Positions 32,546-45,242 of a DNA stretch of 64,000 nt are shown here, piece after piece (the stretch's first letter is position 1; every line of letters starts with the position of its first letter). The stretch lies in the NCBI RefSeq assembly GCF_009914755.1, contig NC_060947.1; one strand, 5' to 3'. Under the pieces are notes generated by a model. It ran no database searches. It saw only the letters and a program-made list of their open reading frames with translations, and was not told the DNA's origin. The DNA comes from the human T2T-CHM13v2.0 reference genome, Homo sapiens. The position numbers and the translations under genes are program-made.

Positions 32546-33011
32546 TTTAATGCCTTTTAAAACTGTAGACGGCCCAGTCAAAGTGGATGAGGGGGGTTGG
32601 GCGGCGAGCCTGCACTTAAGTGAATTTTACCTCCACGATCTCCATCAGGTTCTCACAGTGACTATTAAAAAATATGTCCTCAGACTTCTGGCAGAGAGAG
32701 TAGCAAAGTAACCACGAGCCTGACCTACTGGGGTTTTATCAGAGCCTAACAACCTGGGGTAAGGGTAACACTCAACTGCAGCCTGCTCTAGCCATCCACA
32801 TGGGGGAAGGGAAATACGTGACTCCAGTCCCCTCCAGACATCCGGTCCCATCTAGAGTAGGGGGAGGGGAGGGGAGGAACTGAGGGTACTTCACAGTCCA
32901 AGGGCACAGGCTCACTAAAAGACTGAGACCTAATCAGAGGACTAGAGAATATTTCCCTGCCCCCACACCTTACCATCACATCACTAAAGGCCTACTTGCC
33001 ACAGTTCCTTT

Positions 33012-33410
<399 letters not shown>

Positions 33411-33619
33411 TGAAAATACAAAGCATCAGAATCAGACTCAGATATGGCAGAGAAGTTGGAATTATCAGACCAGGAATTTAAAACAAACAACCATAATTAA
33501 TATGCTATGAGTTACAGTGGAAAAATTAGACAATATGCAAGAATAGATGAATAATGTAAGCAGAGAGATGGACATTCTAAGAAAAACTCAAAAAGAAATG
33601 CTAGCAATCAACAACACTA

Positions 33620-34237
33620 TGTCGATAAAAAGCGTCAAATTCTATAATATTTGAAGAGATTTATCTGAGCCAAATATGAGTGACCAGTGGCCCGTGACAC
33701 AGCCCCCAGGAGATCCTGAGAACATATGCCCAAGATGGTTGAGGCACAGCCTAGTTTTATATACTTAAAGGAGACGTAAGACATCAATCAAATACATGTA
33801 AGATATACTTGTTTGGTCTGAAAAGGCAGGACAACTCAAAGGGCGAGGGCTTCTAGGTTATAGGTAGATTTTAAAATTTTCTGATGGGCAATTAGTTCAA
33901 AGAGGTACGTTATTATCTCAAGATCCTGAATCAATAGAAAGAAATGTCTGGGTTACAATGATAGGGTATTGTGGAGACCAAAGTTTTATCATGCAGATGA
34001 AGGCTCCAGGTAGCAGGCTTCAGAGAGAATAGATTGTACACGTTTCTCATCAGACTTGAAGAGTATGTTCTATCAGTAATTCCAAAAGGGAAGAGGGTAT
34101 AATGAAGTATGTCTGACCCCTGCCCCTCATCATGGCCTGAACTAGTCCCTCAAGTTAGTCCCTCAGGGATACCCTTGCTGAGAGGAGGGATCCATCCAGA
34201 TGAGGTGGGGGGCTTTGAATTTTATTTTTGGTTTACA
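33620..34237 (-). mobile_element. MER4B-like solo LTR (ERV1) inserted in L1 ORF1
   Basis: TG..CA termini, perfect 4-bp TSD acta (33616-9, 34238-41); reverse-complement similarity to 13185-13785. Confidence 0.88.
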
Positions 34238-35221
34238 ACTATAACAGAAATGAAGAATACTTTCAATGGGGTAGTAAACTGGACATGGATGAGAATCTCA
34301 GACCTTGAGGTTATGTCAAAAGAAACTTCCAAAACCAAAATGCAAAGAGAGAAAAGACTGACAAAAAAAATGGAACAGAACATCCAAGAACTGTGGGACA
34401 ACTACAAAAAGTGTAACAAATAGGTAATGGGAATACTAGAAGGAGAAGAAAGAGAGAAAAGAACAGCAGAAATATTTGAATAAGTAATGATTGAGAAATT
34501 CCCTAAATTAATGTCAGACACCAAATCACAGATCCAGGAAACTCAGAGAACAACAGACACGATAAATGCCGAAAACAAAACAAACCAAAACCAAACCAAA
34601 ACAAAAATACTGCACCTAGGCATTTCACATTCAAACTGTAGGAAATGAAAGTTAAAGAAAATATCTTGAAAGAAGCTACAGGGAAAAAAATCTTACCCAT
34701 AGAGGAGCAAAGGTAAGAATTACATCTGACTTCTCAGACACCATGCAAGCAAGAAGAGAGTACACTGAAATATTTAAAGTGTTGAGAGAAAAAGACCACC
34801 AATCTAAAATTCTGTATCCTGTGAAATTTTTCCTTTGAAAGTGAAGGAGAAATAAAGACTTTCTCAGCAAACATGGAGGGAGTTTGTTGCCAGTAGACCT
34901 GCCTTGCAAGAAATGTTAAAAGAAGCTCTTCGAAGAGAAAGGAATTCTCTAGGTAAAAATCTTAGATCTACATAAGGAAAGATAGTGCATTAGAGAAGGA
35001 GTAAGTGAAGGTAAGTAAAAGCTTTTATTTATCTTATTCTTAAGTGATCTATCATAAAAGTTTGTTCAAATAATAGCAACAATGTATTTGATTATGCATG
35101 GTTTTATACTTATGTATGCTTATATGTAAGTGAAATGAATGACAGCAATGATACAAGAGAAGGGGGAAGGAGTACTTGCCTACTGGTGAAGCTAGTATAG
35201 TGTTATCTGAAACTGAACTTA

Positions 35222-35603
35222 TGATGTGGTTTGGTTCTGTGTCCCCACCCAAATCTTATGTTGAATTATAATCCCCAGTGTTGGGAGAGGGAACTGGTGG
35301 GAGGTAATTACATCATGGGGGCAGATTTCCCTCATGCTGTTCTCATGATAGTGAGTTCTCAAGAGATGTGATGGTCTAAAAGCATGTGGCACTTCCCCGC
35401 TTGCTCTCTCTCTCTTTCCTGCCACCCTGTGAAGAAGGTTCTTGCTTCCCGTTCACCTTCCGCCATGACTGTAAATTTCCTAAGGCCTCCCAGTCATGTT
35501 TCCTGTATAGCCTGCAAAACTGTAAGTCAATTAAACCTCTTTTCTTCATAAATGACCCAGTCTCGGGTAGTTATTCATAGCACTGTGAGAACTGACTGAT
35601 ACA
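35222..35603 (+). mobile_element. MSTA/THE1D-like solo LTR (MaLR)
   Basis: tgatgtggtttggttctgtgtccccacccaaatc...aattaaacctcttttc...ctgataca. Confidence 0.88.
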
Positions 35604-35744
35604 ATTCGGATTAGTTGTAAATGTATATTGCAAACTCTAGAGCAACCACTAAAAATTATGCCACTCAATAGCACCAAAAATATCAAATATCTAGGGAAAA
35701 ATCTAATGAAAGATGTAGAAAACCTCTAAAACAAAACAAAAAAA

Positions 35745-36010
35745 TGATAGTTTCTTACAAAGTTTAAACATACACCTACCATATGATCAAGACATTCAAC
35801 TCCTATGTGTTTACTCAAGAGAAAGCATACTTCCATTGGGGGGGGGTGGTGGGTGTTGGAAGGGGGAAGGCAGCGTGATAGAATTGTTTTGTATCTTTAT
35901 TGTGGTGGCAGTTACACAACTCTAGGAAGGCATCACAACCAGAACTGTACACCAAAAAAGTGAATCTTATTGTATATGAATATAATTTAAATTAAAATTT
36001 TAAAAATCAA
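35745..36010 (+). mobile_element. L1M 3' remnant (continuation of 29625-31554)
   Basis: agtttcttacaaagtttaaacatacacctaccatatga follows aacagtttgg in L1 ORF2. Confidence 0.65.
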
Positions 36011-36446
36011 ATGTGGTCTTAGAAAAGGAGACCACATCTTCTTTGGATGGAAAACACATCTAAACTCACAAAAGCCTCCACCTCACCTGGCTGAATTCAG
36101 GTGAAAGGAAGAGATTCCCTACTGTTCTTGCAGATGGAAGACACAAGTACAAAGAATCTTGACGTGCACACACACACACACAACGTGTGTATGTATCTAT
36201 ATATATCCACATACATACATATTTCTGCATTTTAATTATATGTATGACAAGGGAAGGTCTTTGAACAAGAGATTCTTCCAAGATGTGGCATGAGATTTCT
36301 CTACCCCTGCATTTAAAAAACTGGAAAGCCATGACCTTGAGGCACTAAAGGATATCAAATTGTTCTCCAAATAACCAAAAATTAAATACTTCGTGTGAAT
36401 GCAGTATAGTTTCAGTATTTCATTTCCCTGGAAGGCATTGATGTAT

Positions 36447-38440
36447 GCTGTTCCAGTTAATATTGCTTTTTAACAAACTACCCTAAAAATTAACAGCTAA
36501 TAACACCCATTTTGCTATTTTCATGGTTTCTGAGAGTGAGCAATTCAGACAGAGCACAGAAGAATGTCTGGAGCTTTAACTTGGAAGATTCTATAACTGG
36601 AGGCTTGAATTATGCCTGACAAGGGCCATTAGCTGAGATATCAGCTGGGGCTCTCAATCAAATTACCACCCACATGTGGTTGGTTTCTCCGTGTAGCCTG
36701 GGCTTCTTCATAGCATAGTAGCCTCAAGGTGGCAGGACCTCTTACACACACAGTAGCTCAGACTCCAAAGGGAAGTGTCACAGCAGACAATGCACAACCT
36801 GCATCTTTTCTAGCTTGGCCTCGGAAGCCACGCAGCATTACTTCTGTCATATTCTATTGGTTACATATGAGTCACAAGCCCACTCGAGATTCAAGGGAGG
36901 TGCCAAGATCATACACTGGGGAAAAGATAGTCTCATCAATAAATGGTGCTAGGAAAACTGGATATCCATATACAAAAGAATGAAATGAGACCCCTATCTC
37001 TCACCATATCAAATCAAAAATAAAATCAAAATGTATTAAAGACTTAAATCTAAGACCTCAAACCATGAAACTACTACAAGAAAACATTGGGAAACTCTCC
37101 AGGACATCAGTCGGGGCAAAGATTTCTTGGGTAATACCCCACAAGCACAGGCAACTACAGCAAAAATGGGCAAATGGGATCACATCAAGTTAAAAAGCTT
37201 CTGCACAACAAAGGAAACAATCAACAAAGTGAAGAGACAAGCCACAGAATGGGAGAAAATATCTACAAACTACCCATCTGACAAGGGATTAATAACCAGA
37301 ATATATAAAAAGCTCAAACAACTTTATAGGGAAAAAATCTAATAATATGATTTATAAATGGGCAAAAAATTTGAATACACATTTCTCAAAAGAAGACATA
37401 CAAATGGCAAACAGGCATATGAAAAGATGCTCAACATCATTGATCATCAGATAAATGCAAATCAAAAGTACAATGAGATATCATCTTATCCCAGTTAAAA
37501 TGGCTCATATCCCGAGAGACAGGCAATAACAAATGCTGGAGAGGATGTGGAGAAAAGAGAACCCTTGTACACTGCTGGTGGGAATGTAAATTAGTATAAC
37601 CACTGTGGAGAACAGTTTGGAGGTTTCTCAAAAAACTAAAAACAGAGCTACCATGTGATCCAGCAATCTCACTGCTGGGTATATATCCAAAAGAAAAGAA
37701 ATCAGTATATCGAAGAGATATCTGCACTTTCATGTTTGTTGCAGCTCTGTTCACAATAGCCAAGATTTGGAAGCAACCTAAGTGTCCACCAATAGGTAAG
37801 TAAATAAGGAAAACGTGGTACTCATACACAATGGAGTACTATTCAGTCAAAAAAAAAGAATGAAATTTGCTCATTATGTTAAGTGAAATAAGCCAGGCAC
37901 AAAAGACAAACATCACATGTTCTCACTTATTTGTGGGATCTACAAGTCAAAACAAGCAAACCCATGGAGATAGAGAGTAGAAGGATGCTTATCAGAGAGG
38001 CTAGAAAGGGTAGTGGGGGAGAGGGGAGGGCAGCAGGTGGGGATGGTTAATGGGTACAAAAAAAAATAGAATGAATGATAGTATTTGATAGCAGAGCAGG
38101 GTGACCATAGTCAATAACAATTTAACTGCATACTTTAAAATAACTTAGAGTGTCATTAGACTGTTTGTAACACAAAGGTTAAATGCTTAAGAGGATGCCC
38201 CATTTTCCATGATGTGATTATTATGCATTGCATGCCTGTATCAAAACATTTCAGGTATCCCATAAATATATACACCTACTATGTACCCACAAAAATAAGA
38301 AATTGTAAATTAAAAAAGATTCAAGGGGAAATGACATAGCCCTATCCCTCAGAAGAAGAAGGGTCAAGTTCACATTATAGGGGAGCATGTTGGATAGGAG
38401 ATACTGTTGAAGCAATCTTTGGAAAATATAATCCACTATA
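36447..38440 (-). mobile_element. MLT1 (G/H-like) solo LTR split by an L1MA
   Basis: aacaaactaccctaaa...cctgggcttcttcatagcat...tattctattggtta; resumes after the L1 with gcaatctttggaaaatataatc. Confidence 0.75.
36898..38316 (+). mobile_element. 5'-truncated L1MA (L1MA2-like), ~1.4 kb
   Basis: TSD agattcaaggg at 36887-36897 and 38317-38327; ORF2 C-terminal remnant 37127-37342; 3' end cctactatgtacccacaaaaat. Confidence 0.9.
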
Positions 38441-38684
38441 TGTGTAGTATACAGTTTCTTTCAGTTAATAAGATCATTGGTATCCAGCATTCCTCAGTTA
38501 ACTAAGATATTATTTTAGTGAGAATACTTCAATTTTTAAGAAATACGAATGTATTACATAAGGAAACTATTGAAAACTATAAGATTTGAGAAAACATAAA
38601 AGGCCAGTATTTTAGCTTCCTTTGCAAAGGAGATTTTGATATTTTAACAGTCAAAACTATACCATAGAATAAGAAAAAAAAAGT

Positions 38685-40098
38685 ATGGGTAAGACATCAG
38701 TAATTAAATAAGAATTTGAAAATTATGAAAACTCTTCCATTTCAAAATTATATTCTAAAGCTCTAGAATTATTTTTTTCTTTACTTTAATATAAAATATG
38801 CTGGCCCATAATATAAGAATTCCAAATAAGCATTTTAAGAATTTAAGATGAACCTTGATCCCTACTTCACACCATATACAAAATTTAATTTGAGATAAGT
38901 CATAGACTTAAAAGCGAAAGCTAAAACCATAAAGCTATTAGAGGGAAACATAGGAGACTATCCTAGGCGACTTTGAGCCAGCCGAAGGCATCTTAAACAG
39001 ATCACAGAAAGCAACAACCATAAAAGACTGACAATGTGGACTTGGAAATGTAAACTGATACAACCACTTTGGTAAAAGGTCTGGCAGTTTCTCAAAACAC
39101 TAAACACACACTTACTTTATGTATGACCCAGCAATTCCATTCCTAGGTATAACCAAGAGAAATAAAAACACATGTTTACAAAAATATTTGTGCCAGGAAT
39201 ATTCAGACCAGGTTTATTCATATTAGCCCCAAATCGAAAACAACCCAGGTACCCTTTGGCAGGGGAATGAATCAACAAATGGTGGTATATTCATACAATT
39301 GAATGCTACTCAGTAATATAAAGGAATTAGTGATACACTCTATAATACGAATGAATCTCAAAATCATACTGAACGAAAGAAGTCACAAAAGAGTACACAC
39401 TGTATAATTCCGTTCATATGAAATTCTAGAACAGAGAAAAACCACCTATAGTTAAAAAAAAAAAAAAAGCACCTAAAGTGAAAAAAATATATATCAGAAC
39501 AGTAGTTACCTCTTGAATGGCAGATGTGCACAGGAATTGACTAGGATGGAGCATGAGGGAACTTTCTGGAGTGATGGTAATGTTCTATGTGTTAGTAGGG
39601 ATCTGGGTTGCACAAGCGTACATTTGTCAAAACCCAGCAAATGTATAAAGTTTGTGCATTTTATTGAACATAAATTTCACATCAAAAGAAAAACTATAAA
39701 TAAATAGTAAGCATGCTAAAATATTTAGAGGGAGGTAACTGATGTCTATGATTTTCTTTGAAATGCACGAAAATTAAGATGGGTTAATAGATGGATATAA
39801 GAATGTATAAATGGAGAGATGTGTGACAAAGCAAGTAAAGTTAAGAGGTTAATGGCACAGTGGTGGATATATGGGGTGTCCACTGTTTAATCTTGCCAAA
39901 TTTTCTGGATGTTTTAAAATTTTCATAAAATGTTGGAGAAAATGAATGGGTAAAACATGCTAATTTGATAGGAATTTGAAAATTATAAAAACTATTTCAT
40001 CTCAAAACTTAACTTTAAACCTCTGAAACTTTGTAATTGCAGAAACATAAAATATTGTGGCCCCTAAAATAAGAATTTTAAGTAAGCACATTACAATT
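38685..40098 (+). repeat. Pair of ~155-bp diverged direct repeats (38685-38843 and 39946-40098) flanking an L1ME
   Basis: Shared blocks atgggtaa, gaatttgaaaattat, ataaaatat..tggccc.taa.ataagaatt, taagca. Confidence 0.85.
38850..39945 (+). mobile_element. L1ME-like 3' fragment with internal deletion
   Basis: aaccttgatccctacttcacaccatatacaaaa; tatgacccagcaattccattcctaggtat; 3' end aaaattttcataaaatgttggagaaaa. Confidence 0.8.
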
Positions 40099-40562
40099 AT
40101 GTGACTGTAGTCAATAATCAGAGTAGGTAGAGTACCAACTACAGCAACCTGTGCGCTACTCTATGATTCCAAGCCTCTTGACTTTTGCTCAGAACATTCT
40201 GCCAGCATCTGCCATTAGCTGTTTCTGGAAACTGAAGCAAGAAATAAAAAATGTTCTTTCTGAAAAACTGTTCCATAAGCTCTTTTCCCAGGCTTTTTGG
40301 TTTTATTTGTTTGGGTTTTATTTTATTTAAATTGAAGTTTTAAAAAATAATTGCTCATTGTAAAAAAAAGTAAAAATCAAGGAATGAAGCATACTCCACT
40401 AATAGCTTCGTGTGTAGCCTGCTAGCATTTCTTCAAAGGATATACATTCCTTGAAATATTTATATAAATATACATGCACACACAACTTTTACATTTTTGG
40501 CATAAGTAGGATATTAACACACTTCTGGATTTTGCTTTATCTACAAAACAGCACAACACATA

Positions 40563-40933
40563 TGTGGTAGCCACTCATAGCTGTTCACCAAGATCTGGTT
40601 TCCCTCCTTCTTCTGAGCACATGAGTGGGGTCCTGTGACTAGTGCTAGCCAATAAATTGAGAGTGTAAATGATATGTATTTCTTGCCAAGTAAGAATTTG
40701 TTGTACTTGACCCTCCAAAATTCTCTTTCCTTTATGGCAATGTGACTGCGAACATTCAAGGTAGTGGCTATTCTGTCAGCCTCAGTCTCTGAGTGGCTAC
40801 TATGAACAAAATTCCCCTGACAACCACAATGGATACATAAAGTCAGCAAACAATAAACCTTGGTTGGTTTAATTCCCTGAGGTTCAGGGGTTGTTGTTAC
40901 TGCAGCATTACTTAGACAATCCTAACTGATACA
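40563..40933 (+). mobile_element. MLT1J-like solo LTR
   Basis: tgtggtagcc...aataaaccttgg...ttgttactgcagcat...cctaactgataca. Confidence 0.75.
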
Positions 40934-40934
40934 T

Positions 40935-42390
40935 CAAACATTTTTTCTGTTATGCCTATGTGGTCTACCTCTTTCTAATGGCTAAAAAATATTGTCTGAA
41001 ATTAATGCAATAGAATATATCCAACTATTTCCCTATTGTTGGGCATTTTATTTTTCTAAATGTTTACTATTACAAAATTTGCTGCAATAAATATTGTGCA
41101 TGCACATACACATATATTTATCAATCCACCTGTCCAAATTTTTTTCAAATAAAAAATTTCTACAAGTGCAACTACCAGGTAAGAGTCTAAACATTAGACA
41201 CATTCTGCCGATTGCCCTCCAAAATGCTGAACCAATTTAAACTCCTATCAGTGGAAAATGAGAGTACCTGTTACCACACATGTTCACCTGGAGTCAGTTA
41301 TATTATTCTTTTTAAATGTTGCCAATATAGTAAGTGGAAATAATATTTCATCATTGTTTCAGTTTGTGTCATTATTGGGCATCTTTTCATAGGTTTAAAG
41401 ACTATTTGTATTTCTTCTGTGAACTATTCCTGCCTTTGATCCATTTTTGTGTGTTGATTTTATAGGAGTTCTTAAGTACTTAATGTTAATCCCCTGGCTC
41501 TTACACTGGTTATAAATATTTTCTCTTAGTCTGTCCCTTGTCTTTTAAGTTTGTGATAGCTTTTGCCATAGAGAGAGATAAAATTCTTCTGTAGTCAATA
41601 TAATCTTTCCTTTATGGCTTTTGGAAACTGTGCTCCACCACAAAATAAGCGTATAAAGGCATTTTCTAGTTGACTGTCACCAAATCTTTATTAATAATCC
41701 ATTCTTTCTCTACTGATTTGAAATGTTCTCCATACTTATACGAAAGTTCATAAAAATAGCTCTTCTATAGACTCTACACTGTATTTCACTGATATTTTTG
41801 TTTCTCTGCTAGAAAATGTTTTCAAATGTATGTAAATCATATACCTTTCTAGTATCTACATTTTAATATTCTTTTCAACATTTTCTTGGATATTCTCAAC
41901 CCCTTATTCTTCTTGATGAACCTTCATAATCAATCAGTCAATTTATCTCCCTTAACCCTGTTAAACAAAACCAAATCTAACAACAGCAAGAGCAAAAACC
42001 TGCTGTGCAATTCTGATTGGAATTGCTTCAAATCTATAAATTTGGAAAATTAGAATTTTCACAATATTGTCTTCCCATTCAGAGATATCAAGTTTAAAAA
42101 TTGCATTCATTTTAGTCTCACGCTTCTTGTCCAATTTATTCCCAGATATTTCATTTTTGTTGCTACAGCAAATAGTATTCCCCTTTTCAGAACACTTCTT
42201 AACTAGTTATTGCTGATATAAAGTAAAGCTATTGTTCTATATATAGCTTTCTTATATTTAGCTACTTTCCTGAATACTCTTAATAGTTCCAACCATTTTA
42301 AAATTGATTCCTTTGGATTTTCCAAGTATACAATCATATTTGGATTCTAATTTTAAAAAATTAGTCTTCAGTTCTATTTTGAACTATTTA
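40935..42390 (-). mobile_element. Degenerate L1M ORF2 fragment
   Basis: Reverse ORF2 motifs (tttgtatttcttctgtgaact, ctgattggaattgcttcaaatctataaattt). Confidence 0.6.
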
Positions 42391-43040
42391 TACAGTGATT
42401 CCTAAATGCCTATTTCCACAATACCTAGAGTAACAAAATAATGGAATTTTATGTCTGGGAGGTGCCTTATATGATCTAATCCAAGAATTACCTAGTCTAG
42501 TACCTACTGGGGTAGGTATGTAAGATAAATAGGAGAAAGTGCCTTAGCGTGAGACAATAAGGACTTGTAGAAACTGAGAAGAAATGCAGAGAACAGGCTC
42601 TATCTAAGGAGGGCAAGTGCCATTCACCCCCAAAAGATTGTTGCCATAGAGAAATGTGGGTCCAATTTCTATTTTCCAAGAGGCACCAGATATATATATT
42701 CTTAGGTTTAAACTCCCAATTTTAAAAACATTAAACAAAAGCCATACAAAATATAACTGCCAGCTTTCAACCTATAAACCTGTTTTTAATCCAATACCTT
42801 CATTTAAGGCAATGGAAACTCAGAAAAGTTCATCAGAGATTGCAAAAGTAGCCAAGCGTAGGGGAGGGCTTTGCCTCTTGTTTAGCTGCTTGGCGAGTCA
42901 AAACAATATTTTCAAAGTACTAAAACTAGGTAGGTGCTTTGTCCCTGTTGTCAACATATATTCGTGTTCCCTGTTTGGCTCATGTTGGTTTGGATTTACT
43001 ATCCCTGCAATATTCATGGCAAATGAAAAGGGTATCTTTT

Positions 43041-43335
43041 ATTTATTCAATTTCCCCCCAGCTTTATTAAAGTATAATTGACAAATAAAATTGTATATAT
43101 TTACAGCACATAATGTAATGTTTTGATACAGGTATACATTTAGAAGTAATTAACTCAAGCTAACTCACATATCTATCACCTCACATGCTTATTTTTTTGT
43201 GGTGAGAACATTTAAGAGCTACTCTCTTAGCAATCCAAGTATATAATACATCATTATTCACTATAGTCACCATGATGTACAATAGATCTCCAGATCTCCA
43301 GAACTTATTCATCCTGTCTAACTGAAACTTTCTAC
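43041..43335 (-). mobile_element. L1MA (8/9-like) 3' end, ~300 bp
   Basis: ctttattaaagtataattgacaaataaaattgtatatattt...; TSD aaagg(g/c)tatctttt. Confidence 0.82.
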
Positions 43336-43399
43336 AAAGGCTATCTTTTAAATAGCCTTTCTATATTTGGGGAAATTCCCACGTAAGTTTCCTACCACC

Positions 43400-43876
43400 C
43401 CAACATAGAGGTCAGAGCTCAATTTCCCAGACTTCCTTGCAGTTAGAAATATGCAGGTGACCCAGGCTCTCTACCAATCAGGGAAGCTTACTTAAGACTG
43501 TGCCTCAGAAGGGATTAACAGAAGAAAAGCAGCTCAGGGTGGGCCACGTTTGGTGTCAAAGGAGCCCAGCCTTCAGGGGTGGTAAAGGACGATTGCCAGA
43601 AATAGTGGTAGTTATGGCTGTGGTAAAATCAAGTTCTTGGCAGCAATGCAAGTGCAGCAATGAGTCATGGGTGGTGGTAACAGAGGTCATTTTCTCATCA
43701 GACAAGTTCTACAGCCCTGTTTTGGGCACTGTTCCTATAGTTCAGCCTTGAGCTTGTTTCTCCAGCCCTTCCAAAGACACTGTGAACCACCCAGGCTCCT
43801 TTTAATAAATTCCTTTTTTTTTTGCTTAACTAGCCAGAGAGGATATTCCTTTTTAAAACTAAGCCCTCACCAATAC
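43400..43876 (+). mobile_element. LTR33-like ERVL solo LTR
   Basis: ttcccagacttccttgcagttag...ttttaataaattcctttt...gcttaactagccagag. Confidence 0.6.
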
Positions 43877-45218
43877 AAACACCACCACCAGACAGTGACA
43901 GAATCAAATCAAAGATCTCCATCTTTTTGATTCCCAGGCTAGCATTCTTTCTACAACATCACATTATTTATATTTAATGCTTTTAGGAAAGTTCAAAATG
44001 CTGTTTTCAAAAACATATATGGAAATTTCCATTTTGAAGACAGGCTATGAATACTGTCCAAGAATCTATTTAGTTCATGATAAGAACCTATGTTTGAGTG
44101 CTTTGGGATTTTATTTGTCTTTGTTTTTGCTTTTGTTCATATAGATTCATAGACTAGTGGCTTCCTTAAAAGATGCTAGATTGCTTACAATAAAAAACAC
44201 CAATAGCAATGTACACAGAGTAGTCCAAATAAAAATAGGGCAAAACCATATAAAAGGAGAGATAATTGTCCTAGATAAATCAGGATGAGATCATTACCAT
44301 GTTCTAAGCACTAAATTTACAATTTGCTTCCGTGAAGTAAAGGACAGCAATAGGGTAGATTATATTAATGTTTCCCAGCCTTGGTCCACCAACAATGATG
44401 TTTATTATTTTCCATCTTCAAGGCCTACAAGTTTTTAGAGTTTCTCTTTCAACCTCATTTATTAAAGAATGTTTTGAATGACCCCCACCATGAGTAAATA
44501 TAAAGCTTATTGAAATACTGGAAACAAGATGTACCTTCCTATTACTGTTGTTGGTGACACCAGTTCACAACTATTGGGATAAAGCATTTTCACTTTCTGA
44601 GTATCCACCATGCACTAGTCAGCTACAATAAGAATTTTAATATCAGTATCAAATGTATTCATCACAACAGCTGTGTCCTATGTATTACTATCCCCATTTT
44701 ACAGATGAAAAAATTATTCAGCAGCTTCCCCAAGGCCACTAAGCTGGTAAACAAGAGAGCCAAGAGCTAGATCTGGGTTTGCCAACTCCAAAACCAGTGA
44801 TAAGAACTATTTCTATTATATTACCTCTTTTAGGAAGAATTTTAGTTTTACAAGGGAGAAAATCTCCTTGAGGTTCTAAATCTTAGAAGGAATTTATTAC
44901 ATGGATGTTCACAGGAGAGCTACTGACTCTGCAACTGATAACGGGGACCTGAAGAAAAAATCTGTAATAATTCACTATGTTCATTGAGGTCTGATACACT
45001 GGGTTCTGGAGGCATCTGGGAAAGACACAAGAGTGAACCAGGCATGGGCCCTGCCCTCTGAGAGCTTCCCCAGGTGGAGAGAAGAGACAAGCACTCAGCT
45101 AACCAAAATACACACAGGCTACATGGGGCCAGGTGTCATCTCTGATGGGTAGATCAAGGCTCAGGGAGGTGGCCAGAGAGATGGACTGACCACATCTTCC
45201 TTGGCATTGGGCTCTCAG

Positions 45219-45242
45219 TGCTGCTGCTGCTGCTGCTGCTGC
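45219..45242. repeat. (TGC)8 trinucleotide repeat
   Basis: Direct count. Confidence 0.95.

Noticed and set aside
36080-36115. Possible recursive splice site on minus (tctcttcctttcacctgaattcagccAG|GTGAGG); similar motifs near 2905 and 14940
   Set aside because: Competing upstream AG or poor pyrimidine tract; such motifs are expected by chance in 50 kb.
38008-38042. G-quadruplex-capable G runs (also 47041-47074)
   Set aside because: Standard G-rich tract of L1 3'UTRs.
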